Part shown: positions 12,401-25,540 of the stretch, in pieces | How the letters are laid out: each line of letters opens with the position of its first letter | Numbering within the stretch: the stretch's first letter is position 1 | Assembly (NCBI GenBank): GCA_905178155.1 | Contig: CAJINV010000003.1 | Coordinates: 2,189,065-2,253,064 of the forward strand | From: Amoebophrya sp. A120 | Lineage: Eukaryota; Protista; Dinoflagellata | Reading direction: 5' to 3' | Length of the DNA stretch: 64,000 bases | Translations under genes and position numbers: made by a program | The notes under the pieces: model-generated | What the model saw: only the letters and a program-made list of their open reading frames with translations | The model's database searches: none | Told to the model about the DNA's origin: nothing

Positions 12401-12781
12401 CTGAGCCGGACTCGAGTATTGCCGCGGTCCGACGCCGTATTGGGCGTTTTGTTGATTATACTGGTGATTGTTCCCATGATACTGCCCACCTGCGCTATGG
12501 TTGTTGTAGTGGTTTCCAGCATTATTTTGCTGTTGGTGATACGCGCCTTGGTGGTAAGCGTGCTGTTGGCCGGCCGCCCCGGACCCCTGGTCCATGCCCC
12601 GCATGTTTGAAGCCGCGGAGGTGGTGCCGAGCGCCTGCTGGACAGGATCCACCGCGTGTTGCAAACTCTGCTGGTAGTCCCCGCCCTTTTTTCCTCCGGC
12701 CGCCATCGGGCCGCCCTTCGGCAGGCCAGATGCTTGTTGCGTCGTCGCACCTGTTGGTGATTGTCGTTGCGTGGTGGACAT
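9433..12781 (-). CDS. Multi-exon GYF-domain and KH-domain protein (possibly the 3' part of the gene starting at 15503)
   Basis: GYF: WYYCGNDGSRQGPYSHQRMRNWFLGRYLKPDLLIR. KH: YVGLVIGKAGDTIKKIKTATGCNINID. Last exons join in frame across the 9720-9999 element (KVGKL|DAGFTLDN). Exon boundaries partly approximate. Confidence 0.7.
9720..9999. mobile_element. TIR introner, family B
   Basis: TIR tatcctgtgtaaaaacgtacccacaccagagt / actctggtgtgggtacgtttttactcaggata; TSD cagct; near-identical to 40780-41058. Confidence 0.93.
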
Positions 12782-12910
12782 TCATAAGGTTTGCCGTTGT
12801 AACGGAGGCGAAATGAATCGACCGACGGAAGCCACCGCGAAGGCTGCAAAAATAGAACCCACAACTCGAGAGAACACCAAATGAGAAAAAACACGTAAAA
12901 CAGCAGAACA

Positions 12911-15503
12911 TTAAAAAAAAAAGCGTAGTTTCCAACCTTTCCAGCCTGCGAAAGCCTTTGCCTGTTGCTGCTCTCTTTTTCTTTTTTCGCGTAGTTGCCT
13001 CTTTTCTTCGAGGACACTTGTCCATTTTCGGCGCACCAAAATGCCGTGCCAGATCGCTCGAATGGTCGCGACCGCAGCCGAGCGCTGTTTGAAGTATTTT
13101 TCTGCGGAGATGCGGTCGTAGCCGTACCGGAGAAGCGACTGGAGGGTTCGGCCGCCCTGCTCCTTTGCGGCGTCCTCCAGGACCGCAATCCTTCGCCGCA
13201 CCTGCCGGATCTCGTCGTCCGAGTTCTTCGTGGCGTTTGGATTGCCATACTCGAGCTGCCGTTCTTGCAACTCCCGGTTGATCTCGAGCAGCTTTCCGTG
13301 CAGCTTTAAAATGTCTTCCTCGACCTTCTTCAAGCCCGAGTTAGTCCGGAACCAGTGTTCTTCGCGCAGCCAAATTTCGCTCGGAACAACACTGGTGGCC
13401 GCAGTCTTGCTAGTAGACTTTTCCGCGCCGCCTTTTCCAGCGCTGCCTTTTCCAGCGCTGGAAGTGGACGCAGCAGCCGTGCCTTGCTGCGTCCTGCTCG
13501 CCGGGTCGTATACTGGTGGCTCCCCGCCTTTTGGTCGCGACTTGCCTTTTATCGGGCTGATCTCCAATGCGTGATCCAGTGGTGAGGTTTGTTGCGCAGA
13601 TGATTCGCCCTTCCCACCTCCCGGTGCACCTCCAGGGTCGCCTTTATCACCACCCTTCTTACTGGCAGCGGGGGGCGGCGAAGCTTTCGCAAAAATGCTG
13701 TCCGGGGCCTGCCCCCACCTGACGAGCCCCTGGAGCCCGAGCGTGTTAGAGGTTTTCACCTGTTGTGATTTCATCGTCATCTCGTGTGGCAGTGGGGTCT
13801 ACGGTTCTGTACTAGGTTCAAACTCTACTTCGGGGGAAGATAAGACCGAGAACTCGCAGGCGCACGAGAACCAAACAGTGACATGATCGAACAAGTTTGC
13901 ATAACTTCTAGATAACATCCATCCTGTTCAGAAAAAAAACATTCCTCATGATTTAGATTTACCCTCCCTGCTGAGGCGTCGAGGCTGGGAAACGAGCTCT
14001 CCGCGTGCAGGTCGGGGGTCCGCTGTTTATTCGCAGCGCCTCCGTTGCTCCGCTCGGCCCAGGTGCTGCTCGAGGAAGCCGCTTTGGCATTGGAGGTCGG
14101 GGGCCCGGGAACCGTGGCGTCAACCCGGGGTGTGGACTGCTTGCTACTGCCGTTCGTCTGCGAGCCGGTGTTCGTGAACAGCACCACGTGCGGGAGCAGC
14201 TTCTTACTACCTTCCATGATCGGCAGGGGCGCTTCCCGGTTCACCTCAATTTTCCCGATCACTTCTGGACTCCACTTGTGCACTTCGAGTTGCACATTCG
14301 AGTGGAACTGCAGGGGGTAATACCCCTCTTTCCGCGCGCCGTGCGGGTACTCCTTGCTGTCAATCGCAGCCTGAACCAGCTGTTGCACACCTGGCAGTTG
14401 TTCAATTTTAGACACAGTTCCTTGGAAAAGGAAAAGCGTTTCGTGCAATGTTGCGTTTGTTCGTGAAAATAACTCGAAGCACTTTCAGACAATTTTTACC
14501 CCGAAGAGCAAAAGTAGGTCCTCATAACGACTTACTTACCGCTGTCTGAAACCCCCGGCAGATCCGTCAGAAAGAGTTTTTCACAGAACCCCGTCTGCAG
14601 GAAAGGCCGTAGGGCCTGCACACTGGCGTCTGTAACGCCCGTGTTTCCCGCGAGCTTCAATTTCTGACATACTGGCCAGTCACGCAGGAAAGGACCCTGT
14701 AGATAGATGAATTCGGTACTGAATTATATTAATCCGATGCAATATTTTTCATTTTTAGGTTCCTCCTGAGTCTTTTGGTCTTGACATCATGGACAGCGAC
14801 AGTGCTTGTTAACCTCATATAAACATAGACATACACGCAAAGGCCTGCCTCTGATGCAATTTCAGAAAATAATCGTCGACCAAGAGCTATGTAGGCTAGT
14901 CTACAGCTAATGTTCATGCGTGAAACTACAAAAACTGCCATTCATTTACCAGCCACTTTTCCACTGCCTGGTCCGTAATGGAGTTTCCCGAGAGGTCAAT
15001 GTACGTGCCATATGAGTTGCCGTCGTGCTTTTGCGTTTCCGATCGGCACCAACTTGTAAACGTTGTCATTTCGGATTCGAAATACTCGATCAGGCTCTGC
15101 ACATCTGTATCGGTCAACCCCTGGCCGCTGCAGTTTACCTTTACCGCGCCAGTCTTCTTGTTCCAGGAAAAGTAATGCGCGTAGTCGTCCCATGTCTTCG
15201 GTGTCGACGTGTGGTCTTTCTTACCTCCGCCACCCTGGGAGAAGATAAAGAAAAAGTTTGCATGAACATATTAATTCATTCCTCGCGTGCCGCGGTTCCA
15301 CCTCAATCAATTTAGAGGAAACTTGTTCTTGGTGCGTTGTGGTAATACATATTCGCACTTTCGAGGGGAATAGAAAACAAGAACGAAGTCGGACGCCCGA
15401 CGAAACGGCGATAAAGCAACGTAAGTACCTTTTGCCCGTTTTTTTTGTGGCCGCCACCGTTGTTATACCAGTTATCGTTCTTTGAAGTCATCCACTTTGC
15501 CAT
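12911..15503 (-). CDS. Multi-exon hypothetical protein with LRR-like N-terminal repeats and a coiled coil
   Basis: GT-AG exons read MAKWMTSK...; YIDLSGNSITDQAVEKWL; QKLKLAGNTGVTDASVQAL; then ORFs 13825-14448 and 12911-13780. The 3' end is unresolved. Confidence 0.55.
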
Positions 15504-16793
15504 CTTGGGCGAGCTCAACAAATCCAAAACAAAACGATTGAATTTCAATTTCCAAAAATTTAGAAGCGTCAGTAATAAACTCGATACGCGCGTCAAAAAT
15601 ACTTTGTCGGCGAAACAGGTAGACGATCTGAAAGAATTCAAGTTTTTATACAAAACTTCTACATCTACGGGAATTGTTACTACAGTGAAAGTATGACGAC
15701 GGGGAGGGGGAATGGGAGGGGATCATTCGTGTGCCTGGCAAGGAATGAAGGACGATGCATGGCAAAACGCTGTCGCCTCATCCACACTCGTCTTACACTG
15801 TACTAGTACAGCTTCGCAATCCTACGGTTGGTGTACACTCTCTGCAAAATGAATATCGTCCTCCATGACGACTAAGTTGAAACTCTTAAGTAAGAGCTTG
15901 TTCCGGCGAAGTTGAACTATCTAGCCAACGGGCCAAGGCGCAGGTGAATTTACTAGAGTAAAACGAATTGGGCTTGCTCGGAAGAGGGTCAAAAAATCAC
16001 TATCAAAAGATTGGGTCAAAAATGACAGTGCAGCTGCATAATGCATACTCACCCTTGATGATTCACAAGGTGTGACTGCTCGTGACTGACGAGTGTTTCG
16101 GAAATGAGAAACATTGCTTTCCTGCGAAACGCGAAAGCAGAAATTGAAAAGCTCACAACTAAAGTTGACTAAGCGCGCCATACTGACCCTCTTCTTGGTA
16201 CCAAAACAAAATAAGTAACCAGATTTACATCATCTATTTCCAGGCAAGTACGCGTCAAGGAAACCGCTTCTACCATCGGGCTATCCACAGCTGATCTTCA
16301 ATCATGGTTTTGATCATGATCAAGATCGCGAAAGAAAAAAATTAACCTTCAAGAAAGTTCTTGAAGCGAGTCAAAAGTAACTCTCAGCTTTTAACCACAA
16401 AGAGTCAGACTTTTCGCAAAACACTTGCGAAAGTTCGCCGTCATCTTTCACGAGGAAAAAGTTCTTTCATGTGAAAGAAAACTAGCCATGTGCGCGGCGT
16501 CCCGGCTTATCCAGACCAGGTTATGTGCAGAGAGACGCGGCAAAAAGTGTCTTCGCTGCTTGTTTTTGCTCGACGCTGATGATGCTATTTCGATCGTGCC
16601 ACGCGGGGCGGATCTCGATGTGCTGATTTAGTTTTTACTCGCAAGGTGCTCTTGAAGATAGATACTAGCCACTTTGAAGAAAAACGAGATAGGGATAAAT
16701 TTGCTGCTAGATGTGCTTTCAAATAAAACTACCGCACAAAAAGCTGGAGAGGATCTGCAGCGGGAAGTTCGAACTTCCCCCCGTCCACTGTCG

Positions 16794-19700
16794 CTACGCA
16801 CGAAGCTGTGCACGCGCCTTGTCCAGGATCTCCTTCTGAATTTTCGGATACGCGGGATTGACGGTCAGTACCTGCTGGCAGATCAGAATACACTCCACGG
16901 TCCGCTTCGCCTTTAGGTAGTTGAAGGCCAAACGAAATCCTACGTTTGCGCTATGACCACTCAAGTCCCACGCTTTTTCGTAGTGCGTGGCTGCGTCCTT
17001 GTGCCCTTGCTCCTTTTCGCAAATCAACCCGAGGCACTCCCACGCCTTGCCACTGCTGCGGTTGTGCATGGATGCAAGCTGACACAGGGTCCCAGCCAGG
17101 TCGTACTGTGATAGTGTTCATTAGAAGTCTCCGTGTTTTGTACGAAATTTGCCAGTCTTTCCACGAAACCAAAACGTGCGCAGGTGTCGAACAAAAAAAG
17201 CAACAGGATCAAGCCCGAAAAACAGGTCCTCAAACAACTGTATGTAAGTACTTTTCCCTGCGATATGTACAAATCCGCGAGCAGAAGCCAGGCCTTCTCG
17301 AAGTCCTCGGCCCACTCGGGATTGTAGGATTTCTTCGCGATTTCCGCGATGCGCTTCAGCTGGTTGCGGGCTTTGGTCAGCTGCTTGCTGATAATCAGGC
17401 CCTGCGCCATCGCGAGAACCCCGGGGACGAAGTTTTTGTCCTCGTTGTAGAACTCCATGAGCATCTGCAGTCCGCGGTCCACCTCCGTTTTTTTCTTCGT
17501 GAAAATCGCGTTCTGGGCCTGGTACACGCGCAGCCGCGCCATCAGTGCCGGATTCCGCTGCACGGAGGACGCCTCCTGATTCAGGAGTTCGTGGATGAGC
17601 AGCTCCACTTCCCGGGCGTGCTGTTCGCTGTGTTGCGTCAGGTCCTGCAGGCTGTCCAGGGACAGCTTGTTGGGGTCCGGGTAGAGGTAGATGTCGATCA
17701 TGGCCAGCGTCGCTTCCCGCCGAAATTCGGCGTCGCGCGTGCGCGCAAAGTTCAGGTCCACCAGGGCATCCGAGGCCCGGTTCATGCAGCGGTAGTACCT
17801 GCCGCGGCAGTACCGGAAACCGGGTTCCTGCTCCGGGTCTTATCAAAAGGAAAAATCCACCCTCCCCATATCAAAACGGAAATCTGTGATGCAGATTTGT
17901 TGTCACAAATCAGCTGTGTCATGCTACACGGGAAAAGATGCGGACTGTAGTGCTGGGTGGCGTGGGGGAGCCTTGCATCTTCAGCATGATAGGAGGCAGC
18001 TGAGAGTGGGAAACAGCATGACAAATTGCCTGTAAACGAGACCACGACTGCGGCTCTTGGCCTTCTAGCATGACAAGTCGATTTGTGTCCTCAAATTCTG
18101 CATCACAGATTTCCATTTCGATATTGGGAGGGGGGATTTTTCCGTTTGATAGGTCTTTGTACATCTTCAGGTGGTGCTTGGCGTTGTTCAAAAACCCTTC
18201 GTAGTCCTTCAACTTACCGCTGCGCTTCAGAAGGTAAACCAACCGACTCAAGGCGCGCCAGTCACCTTATTGATTGCGACGGTAGAATTCAGCGCCTTTA
18301 GTTTTGTTTACTTTTGGTATAAAATAACTGAGGAATTCATGATAGGAAAAAAAGAAAAAGTGTTGTAGTCGCTCTGGTGATGCTGCGGTAGCGGTTTTAA
18401 CCGCCGGAACGATAATAATACATGGTTTTTTCTCCAAGAGCTGTCGGTAGTGGTAGGTGGCGTCCCGGTACTCCTGGACGCCACCTTCGCTTCGCGCGCC
18501 GTTCGCAGCTAGCAGCATGAGAAGCTCGGCCATTAGGGTGGAGCCCTCGATGGCCACTTCCGACGAAGATTCCAATCGGAGCAGCACCAGCAACTGCCGT
18601 TCGCAGGCTTCGTAGTTGCCCTCCGCCATCTTCAACTTCGCCAAATTGAGCATGCTGTTGTAGATAGCAGTGACGTTTCGGTTCTTGTACAAAGAAAAGA
18701 TAAAAAATCATTGCCGAGTTTGATGTTCAGCCATGAGAGGCAACCTTGGGTTTCAGCCTGCAAAACAGGCCCACATATTTGCTTGAAGCGAAAAAAAGTA
18801 CTAAGATGGTAAACATCAAATTCAAAGAAAACTTACGCCTTCTCGTGTGCCTCATTGTGGCGCAGGCATTCGGAATAGAACTCCGTCGCTTCGTCGGGCT
18901 TCCGCTCCCGCGCGTCGTAGTATTCGGCAAGTTGGAAAGCAATGTCCGCGTAAACCTCCCGATTTCTCGCTAGTCGCTGATCGTCGTCCTCGGCTCGCAA
19001 CCGGTCCAACACCTCTTTCTGCAACTGCAGCGCGTGCTGAAACCGCTCGGCCGCCTGTGGTGCCGGGGGTGCCCCGTCCGAACTGCTAGCGTTGCTACCG
19101 CGCTGAAACGCGGTCAGCGAGGATTCCAAGTGCACGGTCGCAAGTTGCCGCAACAACTCGATCTTCTGTTGCAGTTGCCGCACCGTTTGCGCGTTGCCCG
19201 ACCCGTCGCCAACGTGTTGCAGCGCCTCTTCCAGCTCCTGCCCCGCGCGCTGCCAATTTTCCAGTTTCATGTGCAACTTGGCCAAATCTAGGCGCAGGTC
19301 GATGGCCTGCGGGTCCCGCTTGAGCGCATTGGCGTAGTAGTTCATACCCGTTTCGTAGTCGTGCGTCAGCACCAGTGCCGCGCCGATTTTGCGAATCAGC
19401 TCCGTGGCGTCAGCCCGTTTGTCCCCGAGAGACAACGCCTTCTCGAAAGTCGCGATAGCCTCTTGCGGCTCCCCGATGTCCAACAACGCCTCGCCCAGCG
19501 CCAAATAGTTGTCGACGTTGTCTTATCCTGTGCAAAAGTATCGTACTCGTATAAATACATTACAAATTTCCTCAGCATGAGAAATGAAATTTGTAATGCA
19601 GATTTGCCTTGGGAACAAGATTTGTAATGCAAGCCTTGCATTTATACGAGTACGATCCTTTTGCACAGCATATGTCTGGGTCTTGCTCCAGGATTTCGCG

Positions 19701-22700
19701 GTAGCACTGGGCGTACCGCTTCGTGTCGTATCGAAAGGAAAAATCCCCCCTCCCCATATCGCAAACGAAATTTGTGATGCTGTATTTGAGGTCACAAATC
19801 GACTCGTCATGCTAGAAGGCCAAGAGCCGCAGTCGTGGCCTCGTTTGCAGGCAATTTGTCATGCTGTTTCCCAATCTCAGCTGCCTCCTATCATGCTGAA
19901 GATGCAAGGCTTCCCCACGCCACCCAGCACTACAGTCCGCATCTTTTCCCGTGTAGCATGACAAAGCTGATTTGTGACAACAAATCTGCATCACAGATTT
20001 CCGTTTTGATATGGGAAGGGGGGATTTTTCCTTTTGATATGTCGTTCTTGTGGTTCAGGTAGATCTTCGCCTGTTCCTTCTTGATCGTTTTCGCCATGCT
20101 TCCCGAGCTGGTGGCCGCGGCCGTCTCGAGCAGGCTCAAAGCCTTGTCCACGTCGTTTTTCGTTTCCGAGTACATCTCCGCCTGCGCCACGAGGATGCGC
20201 ACTTCCTCCTTCGTGCCCTTGAACTCCTTGCTCGCCTCCTGCAAAAGCTTGCTAGCCTCCGCTACCCGGTTCACCTTGCCGTACAGCTGCACGAGTAGGA
20301 GGAAGATCCTAACCCGGTCCTCCACGGTGATCTGCGTGTTCTGCTCCTGCCCGCGCGCCAGGGTTCGCACCCCGGGGATGCGGAGCGCCTCCTCGAGTAC
20401 CTGGATCGCGTTGTCACCGCGTTCTGCGTGGATCATCTGCGCCTTGACCAGGTGGTATAGAGGGTGACTCCTTATGCCGAAATCCCGCGACACGCCCTGT
20501 TCCAGGATGCGGAGCGCCACGTGTACGTCCCCGGCGTCGTAGTGCGCCCGTGCGAGCAGCAGGTACCCCTCCGCGTGGGCCGGGTCGAGGGCCAAGCAAT
20601 TTTCCAGCAGTCGCACGCCGTCTTCGTAGGAACCGCTGAGCAGCTTCGCGCGGGCCAAATTGGTTTGCACATTCAAATTCCCAGGCAAGAACTTCGACAG
20701 AGTCTCCAACACCTGGATGGCGCGGGTCAACTGCGAGGACTTTTTCGGCGCGGAGGCAGAAGATGCACCTGTGATTAAGATTATATGCGGTTGCTAGTTG
20801 GCTGATATAATTTACAAGTAACTCATTGACTTGCAAAAAATACGCGTTCGAGCAAGCATTTTGCTTTTCGTAATATTCTCACAGCTAACAAGACCTGCGG
20901 ACCGCGGCCTTATTCTGGTGACCAATTATGGCATCTTCACCATCAGTAGTGACAACTTACCATCTTGTTCTGGTGCGTGGTCGTGGTACGTCGCTAAGTA
21001 TTCGTTGGCGATTTGGAGCATGTTATCCTGAGTAAAAACGTCCCCACCCCATTGTCAGGTTGTGAACTCTGCAGCACAAATCTAGGAGTTTTGGAAGCCA
21101 TGCATGACAAGTTCGTCTTTGTAGTGTAGTGCAGGTTAGGAAGGACAGTCGCATGACAAACTCATCTCCTTATCCTGTTTACAGGATTACAAATGCCAAA
21201 ACACGATTGGAAATGCCTCTGATACTGATGCAGATGCGCATTACAAATGTTCCTGTCATTGCAAATCTGCATGACAACTCTGGGGTGGGGACGTTCTTGC
21301 TCACGATACATGTAGTCGGCATCGAGCTTCAAGTAGAACTCGTACCCGATCGCGACACGAAAGTCGCTAATATGCACTGTCAAAGTATCAAATGTAAAAA
21401 TGTCTGGGTCTGGAAACTTGTGATGCTAAAATGTGCATGATGAAAACCCTTCCGAATGCAGTCCGGCACGACAACTTCCCAAAACGCTTTCTCATAGGCA
21501 ATCCGCATGAGAAAGTGCGTTTTTGCATGACAAAAGAGGCTGCGACTTTTGTTGGCTACGCAATACAGATTTTCTAGGTATGGAAAATTAGCATTACAAG
21601 TTCCAACCTTCCAGACCCAGACATTTTTACAATCCATACAAAGCCTCGTTTAGCAACTGCAGCGCGGTTGTTTTCTTCTTCCTTCGTGCCACCAGCGCTT
21701 GCAAGTACGACGACACGCTACTTCGCGCGGTGGTCCCGGGCATTAGCGAGACCTGCGTCTCCTTCAGAAATTCCAGTTGTTCGCTGGCGTCGTCCACGTG
21801 ACCGTCGAGGATGCGGCAGTGAATCTGCCCCAAGAGCGCGCGATGGTCCGCCTCGTTTCGCTGACACGCCTGATTGAACGTGTTTCCGGCGTTTCGCACG
21901 TCCTCGAGCAGAAGGTACTGGAAACCCAGCTCGGTGAGGTACACGCTGGTTTCCTTTTTTTGCGTTTGTACGCTTGTCTCCACGAAATTCTGCAGCGCTT
22001 GCTGCGTGATCCGCAAAATTTTGCGATTCCTTCCCCCCAACCGCGAAAACAGCTGGACGACCTCCAGCAACAATCTTCCGGAGTACGGTTCTCGTTGTTG
22101 GATGAAAGACAACAACTCCTCCACCCGTCGCGCAGCCTCGTCAATCAGAGATCGCCCCTGGCTGCCGAGTTGCGCGGCCTTGTTCCCGCGTGGCCCGTGC
22201 TCGGAGCCGCCTAGAATTAATTCAAGATCAAGACAGTAGCACTTTTGCATAACAACTTTCCGTCAGCGTAGAATCCACTCTGTCAGCATGATGTTGAAAA
22301 ACTTATCATGTGTAAAGAACGAAGCGAGCAGAATGTTGAGAGGTAGAAAATATTAATCCGCACCACCTTACTTGGCATGCTTCCCCGTGCGAGAAGGTAC
22401 AGCAGTTGTATTTTGAGGGCGTCGATACTGCCACCCGAAGATGCGTCCTCCAACCGGGTACAAGTTTCGAGTGCCTGCTCCCAATCACCGCAGGACACGT
22501 ACACTCGCGCACGTTCCATCACCGCAGGCGTGAACCACGGGAAGTACACGATTGCTTGGTTCAGAAATTCCGTCGCAGCAGCCCAGTTCTTGGAGCCCTC
22601 CATCAGCTTGGCCTTCAGCATCAGGCCGTCCAATTGCGAAAGCTGCACGGACTGCGTCGTGCTGGCGATTACGTGTTTCTCCAGCAGCTGCAGACACTCT

Positions 22701-23416
22701 TGGTACACTGCCAGAGAGTTCATATATTTTTCAAGTATAGAAGCCATTGCCATGCTCCTGAAAAGAACGAAAGGCACGCACTTCTAACGCTGTACCTCAC
22801 TGTAGTCGCTAGTATGAGGAAAAAGACTCCGATCAAGTGCAGTTTTTTGCGGGCAGGCTACCGCCGAGGCTCCTGCTTTCACAATCTGCAATCAAAACCC
22901 ACTCGTACCGTCCTTTGCCACGGTTTGTGCGGTTTTCCTGGCGTTTGCGAGCCCCTCTTCGTACCGGCAATACGCCACAAAGCTCGCGGTGCTGGCGTTG
23001 TTCATCGAGGACACGCTGTCGGCAAGTTCGCGCGCCCGGGTGAGGGCGCCGACGAAGAGGTAGAACATGCCACAAATGGTCTTCCCCTCGTCGTCCTCCG
23101 GTTCGTTCGCGGCCCGGGCTTCGAACTTTCGCACGCACTCCAGGTCGGGATACTGCGCGTTCTCGTGGAAGTAGGCGAGCGCCCGGTTGGCGGCGAATTG
23201 GAAGACCCGGGGCCCGGTATCCGCGGCCGTCTGCATCTCGCGGATCGCCTCCCGCTCCCGGTTAACGACCCCCTCCATGCCCTCGCACCACAGCCCCACG
23301 GCCTTCCAGAAGGACAGCTCGCGGCCCTGCTCCAGGGCCACCTCCTGCACGCGCCGGTACCACCCATTGCGCAGGTAGTAGAAGATCAGCTTCTCCGCCT
23401 GCCCCGCGTCGGCCAT
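16794..23416 (-). CDS. TTC21B: Intraflagellar transport protein IFT139/TTC21B (TPR protein), multi-exon, with 5 TIR introners plus canonical introns
   Basis: N-terminal LIFYYLRNGWY...FWKAVGL; GYEFYLKLDADYM|LQIANEYL; EPGFRYCRG; KARNQLKRIA...EDFEKAWLLLADLYI; C-terminal KAWECLGLICEKEQGHKDAA.HYEKAW...VGFRLAFNYLKAKR...YPKIQKEILDKAR. Confidence 0.93.
17841..18151. mobile_element. TIR introner, family C
   Basis: TIR tatcaaaaggaaaaatccaccctccccatatc / gatattgggaggggggatttttccgtttgata; TSD ggtct; removal gives KMYKD|PEQEPGF. Confidence 0.93.
19524..19672. mobile_element. TIR introner, family D (149 bp)
   Basis: TIR tatcctgtgcaaaagtatcgtactcgtataaat / atttatacgagtacgatccttttgcacagcata; TSD tgtct; removal gives EQDPD|NVDNYLAL. 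Confidence 0.93.
19729..20039. mobile_element. TIR introner, family C, inverted relative to 17841-18151
   Basis: TIR tatcgaaaggaaaaatcccccctccccatatc; TSD tgtcg; interior is the reverse complement of the 17841 copy. Confidence 0.93.
21024..21308. mobile_element. TIR introner, family B
   Basis: TIR tatcctgagtaaaaacgtccccacccca / tggggtggggacgttcttgctcacgata; TSD catgt; removal gives DADYM|LQIANEY. Confidence 0.92.
21386..21638. mobile_element. TIR introner, family A
   Basis: TIR tatcaaatgtaaaaatgtctgggtctggaa / ttccagacccagacatttttacaatccata; TSD caaag; removal gives LNEAL|TVHISDF. Confidence 0.92.
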
Positions 23417-24123
23417 CGTGCGGTTCTAAAGAGGGCGGCGCGAAACGGCACGGCGGTACGGGTCAGGCCTGCATCATTTTCCCGCTTGCTCCGCGATGGC
23501 TCCTCACTTATTTTTCGAACAAAATACACGTATAAGCAGTTTTCCGCGTGCTGCAGCCACAACTTCAACATCGCTCTTCCTGCGAACAGGCCTGTCATCG
23601 CTCTGCGCTCCCTCGCTGCCAAAACTCAAACCGAGACCACGCAGTCGCTCTGGAGAGGTTGGTTCTTCGTACTTCAGAAAAAATGAAAATTCACCCGCAA
23701 CGCGCCCAATATTTCACATTCACCCTTCATTGCCCCCGCCCCGCGGTCTTCTTTCGTCTTTGGGAAGACGAAAGCTGCTCAGTAAGTAAGTTACACTTCG
23801 CCCATAGGCCCGTCGTTCGCGAACGAAAAGACGCACACTGAGAGAGATCAGAAGCCGTGCTCTGTGTTCATGCCGCGCTTCCATCTTGCAGAGCTTGGCA
23901 CGGATAAATTGATCCGTTCTTTCAAGATTATACCAAGAGAACGAGAAATCAAAAGGCAAAATTTATTTCAAAGACACAAGTATATCTACACCAGCAGCAG
24001 GAATCCGGGGTACAGACAGCCTGCATGTATGTCTACAGCACACATGATCAAGTTCTTCACGAAGAAGATAGAGCAACTGCAATCCTCGCTTTGTTTCGAG
24101 ACCACCGCGGTGGATATGATCTA

Positions 24124-25540
24124 TCACCCTACGCTGAAGAAGCTGTTCGTGAGCGTCTCCATAGAGCTTGACGAGGGCGGTGGTGGCACCTCCTTCAGGG
24201 CTTCCAAGGCACGGTTTTCCGGGACGGCCGGTGCGTCGCCGATGTAGAAAAATTCAGTGTTTGGCGTTGAGAAAACTTCCGGTTGTTCCGGCGTTGCTGC
24301 GGGTCCTCGTCCCTGTCGACCCCTCTCCAACTCTTCAATCTCGCGGTTCAATTGCTCCTCCTTCTGCAACTCCTTTTGCTGCTCGCGGGTGGGTATGCTC
24401 TGCAAAAGTATCGTAGTCGGACTGATTGCAGTTATGCATTACAAATCTAGTGGCTGTCGGTAAATCCGCATTACAAATTTACACTTGTAATGCTGAGCCA
24501 ATGTGTATTACAATTTATACCGGTGCGATACTTTTGCAGTTCGTAGTGGGCTTGTATGTGAAGCCGCCGACGAGGAAAGTGGGTTTGTTCCGACTGGTAC
24601 CAGAAGACGCCCCGGTCTTCAAGTCCACGTCACCAGTGCTGATATCGATTTCCACAGGTCCTCCGGCGTCCGTGGTCATGTCATCGGGATGGCCACTGGA
24701 GTTGTGTGAATGTGACCGCGATGAACCTCCTGCGCTGGTTTCCGATGGCTCGGGTACTACTTGGTGCGCGGGGTAGTAAGAACTCCCCGGACCACCGCTG
24801 CCCGCGGACGGGTCCGGTCCCCGCACGACTGCGTCGCGGTACGACCGGGCTGACTGTCGAGAGTGTGAGGCTGGATAATTATTCCCAGCCGGAGTGGTGG
24901 ACGAAGACCCGCTACCACCGGTGCCCGATTTCCAACGACGCCTAGTTGTACCACTTGCGCCGGCAAAGCCGCTTCCCCCGTCTGGTGTGCTCTGTGGCGC
25001 GGTTGAGCCGCTCTGCGTCGAGGAGAGCCGGGTCATGCTACTTGTCGGCGACAGCCGATGGACGCTCTTCCTCTGGACTCCCGGAAGCGACAGAGCTGGC
25101 TGGCTTGCCGCACCACCACCTGCGGGAGAGCTGGCCGACGAAGCGGGCGAACGCAACGACGGTTTCCACGTTTCCCCGGCGGAAGACGCGCCAGACGAAT
25201 GCGCTGGGCTTGCATGCCTCGTCCCGCCCGTCTCCGATGTCGACCCTGCTCCTGTTCCGCCCGTGACAAGTCCAGCGGACACGACGCCCGGGCTGTCAGA
25301 AGTCGTAATTGCTTTCGGACGGCCCCCCGCTGCTGACCGCAGCGTGGGTCTCCAAGATGACTCTCCACGTCCGGCGGGCCGGAGAGCGAGAGCTTCGACC
25401 GATGACGTGGTTGTTCCTTCCATTATACACAGGAAGCAGAGTGCAGCCACCGCAGCAGGCCGCGTCGGCGCTCTCGGGTAGGCAGACTTTGACATATTTA
25501 GTGCTCCACGCTGGGGTACAAGCACGAGACTCCCGATCAT
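24124..25540 (-). CDS. Ser/Gly/Thr-rich hypothetical protein, possible signal peptide; 3' end uncertain
   Basis: ORFs 24515-25540 and 24124-24405 join in frame (YKPT|REQQKE) after removing 24394-24545; hydrophobic stretch AAVAALCFLCIM near the N-terminus. Confidence 0.6.
24394..24545. mobile_element. TIR introner, family D (diverged)
   Basis: TIR tatgctctgcaaaagtatcg / cgatacttttgcagttcgta; TSD gtggg. Confidence 0.85.
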
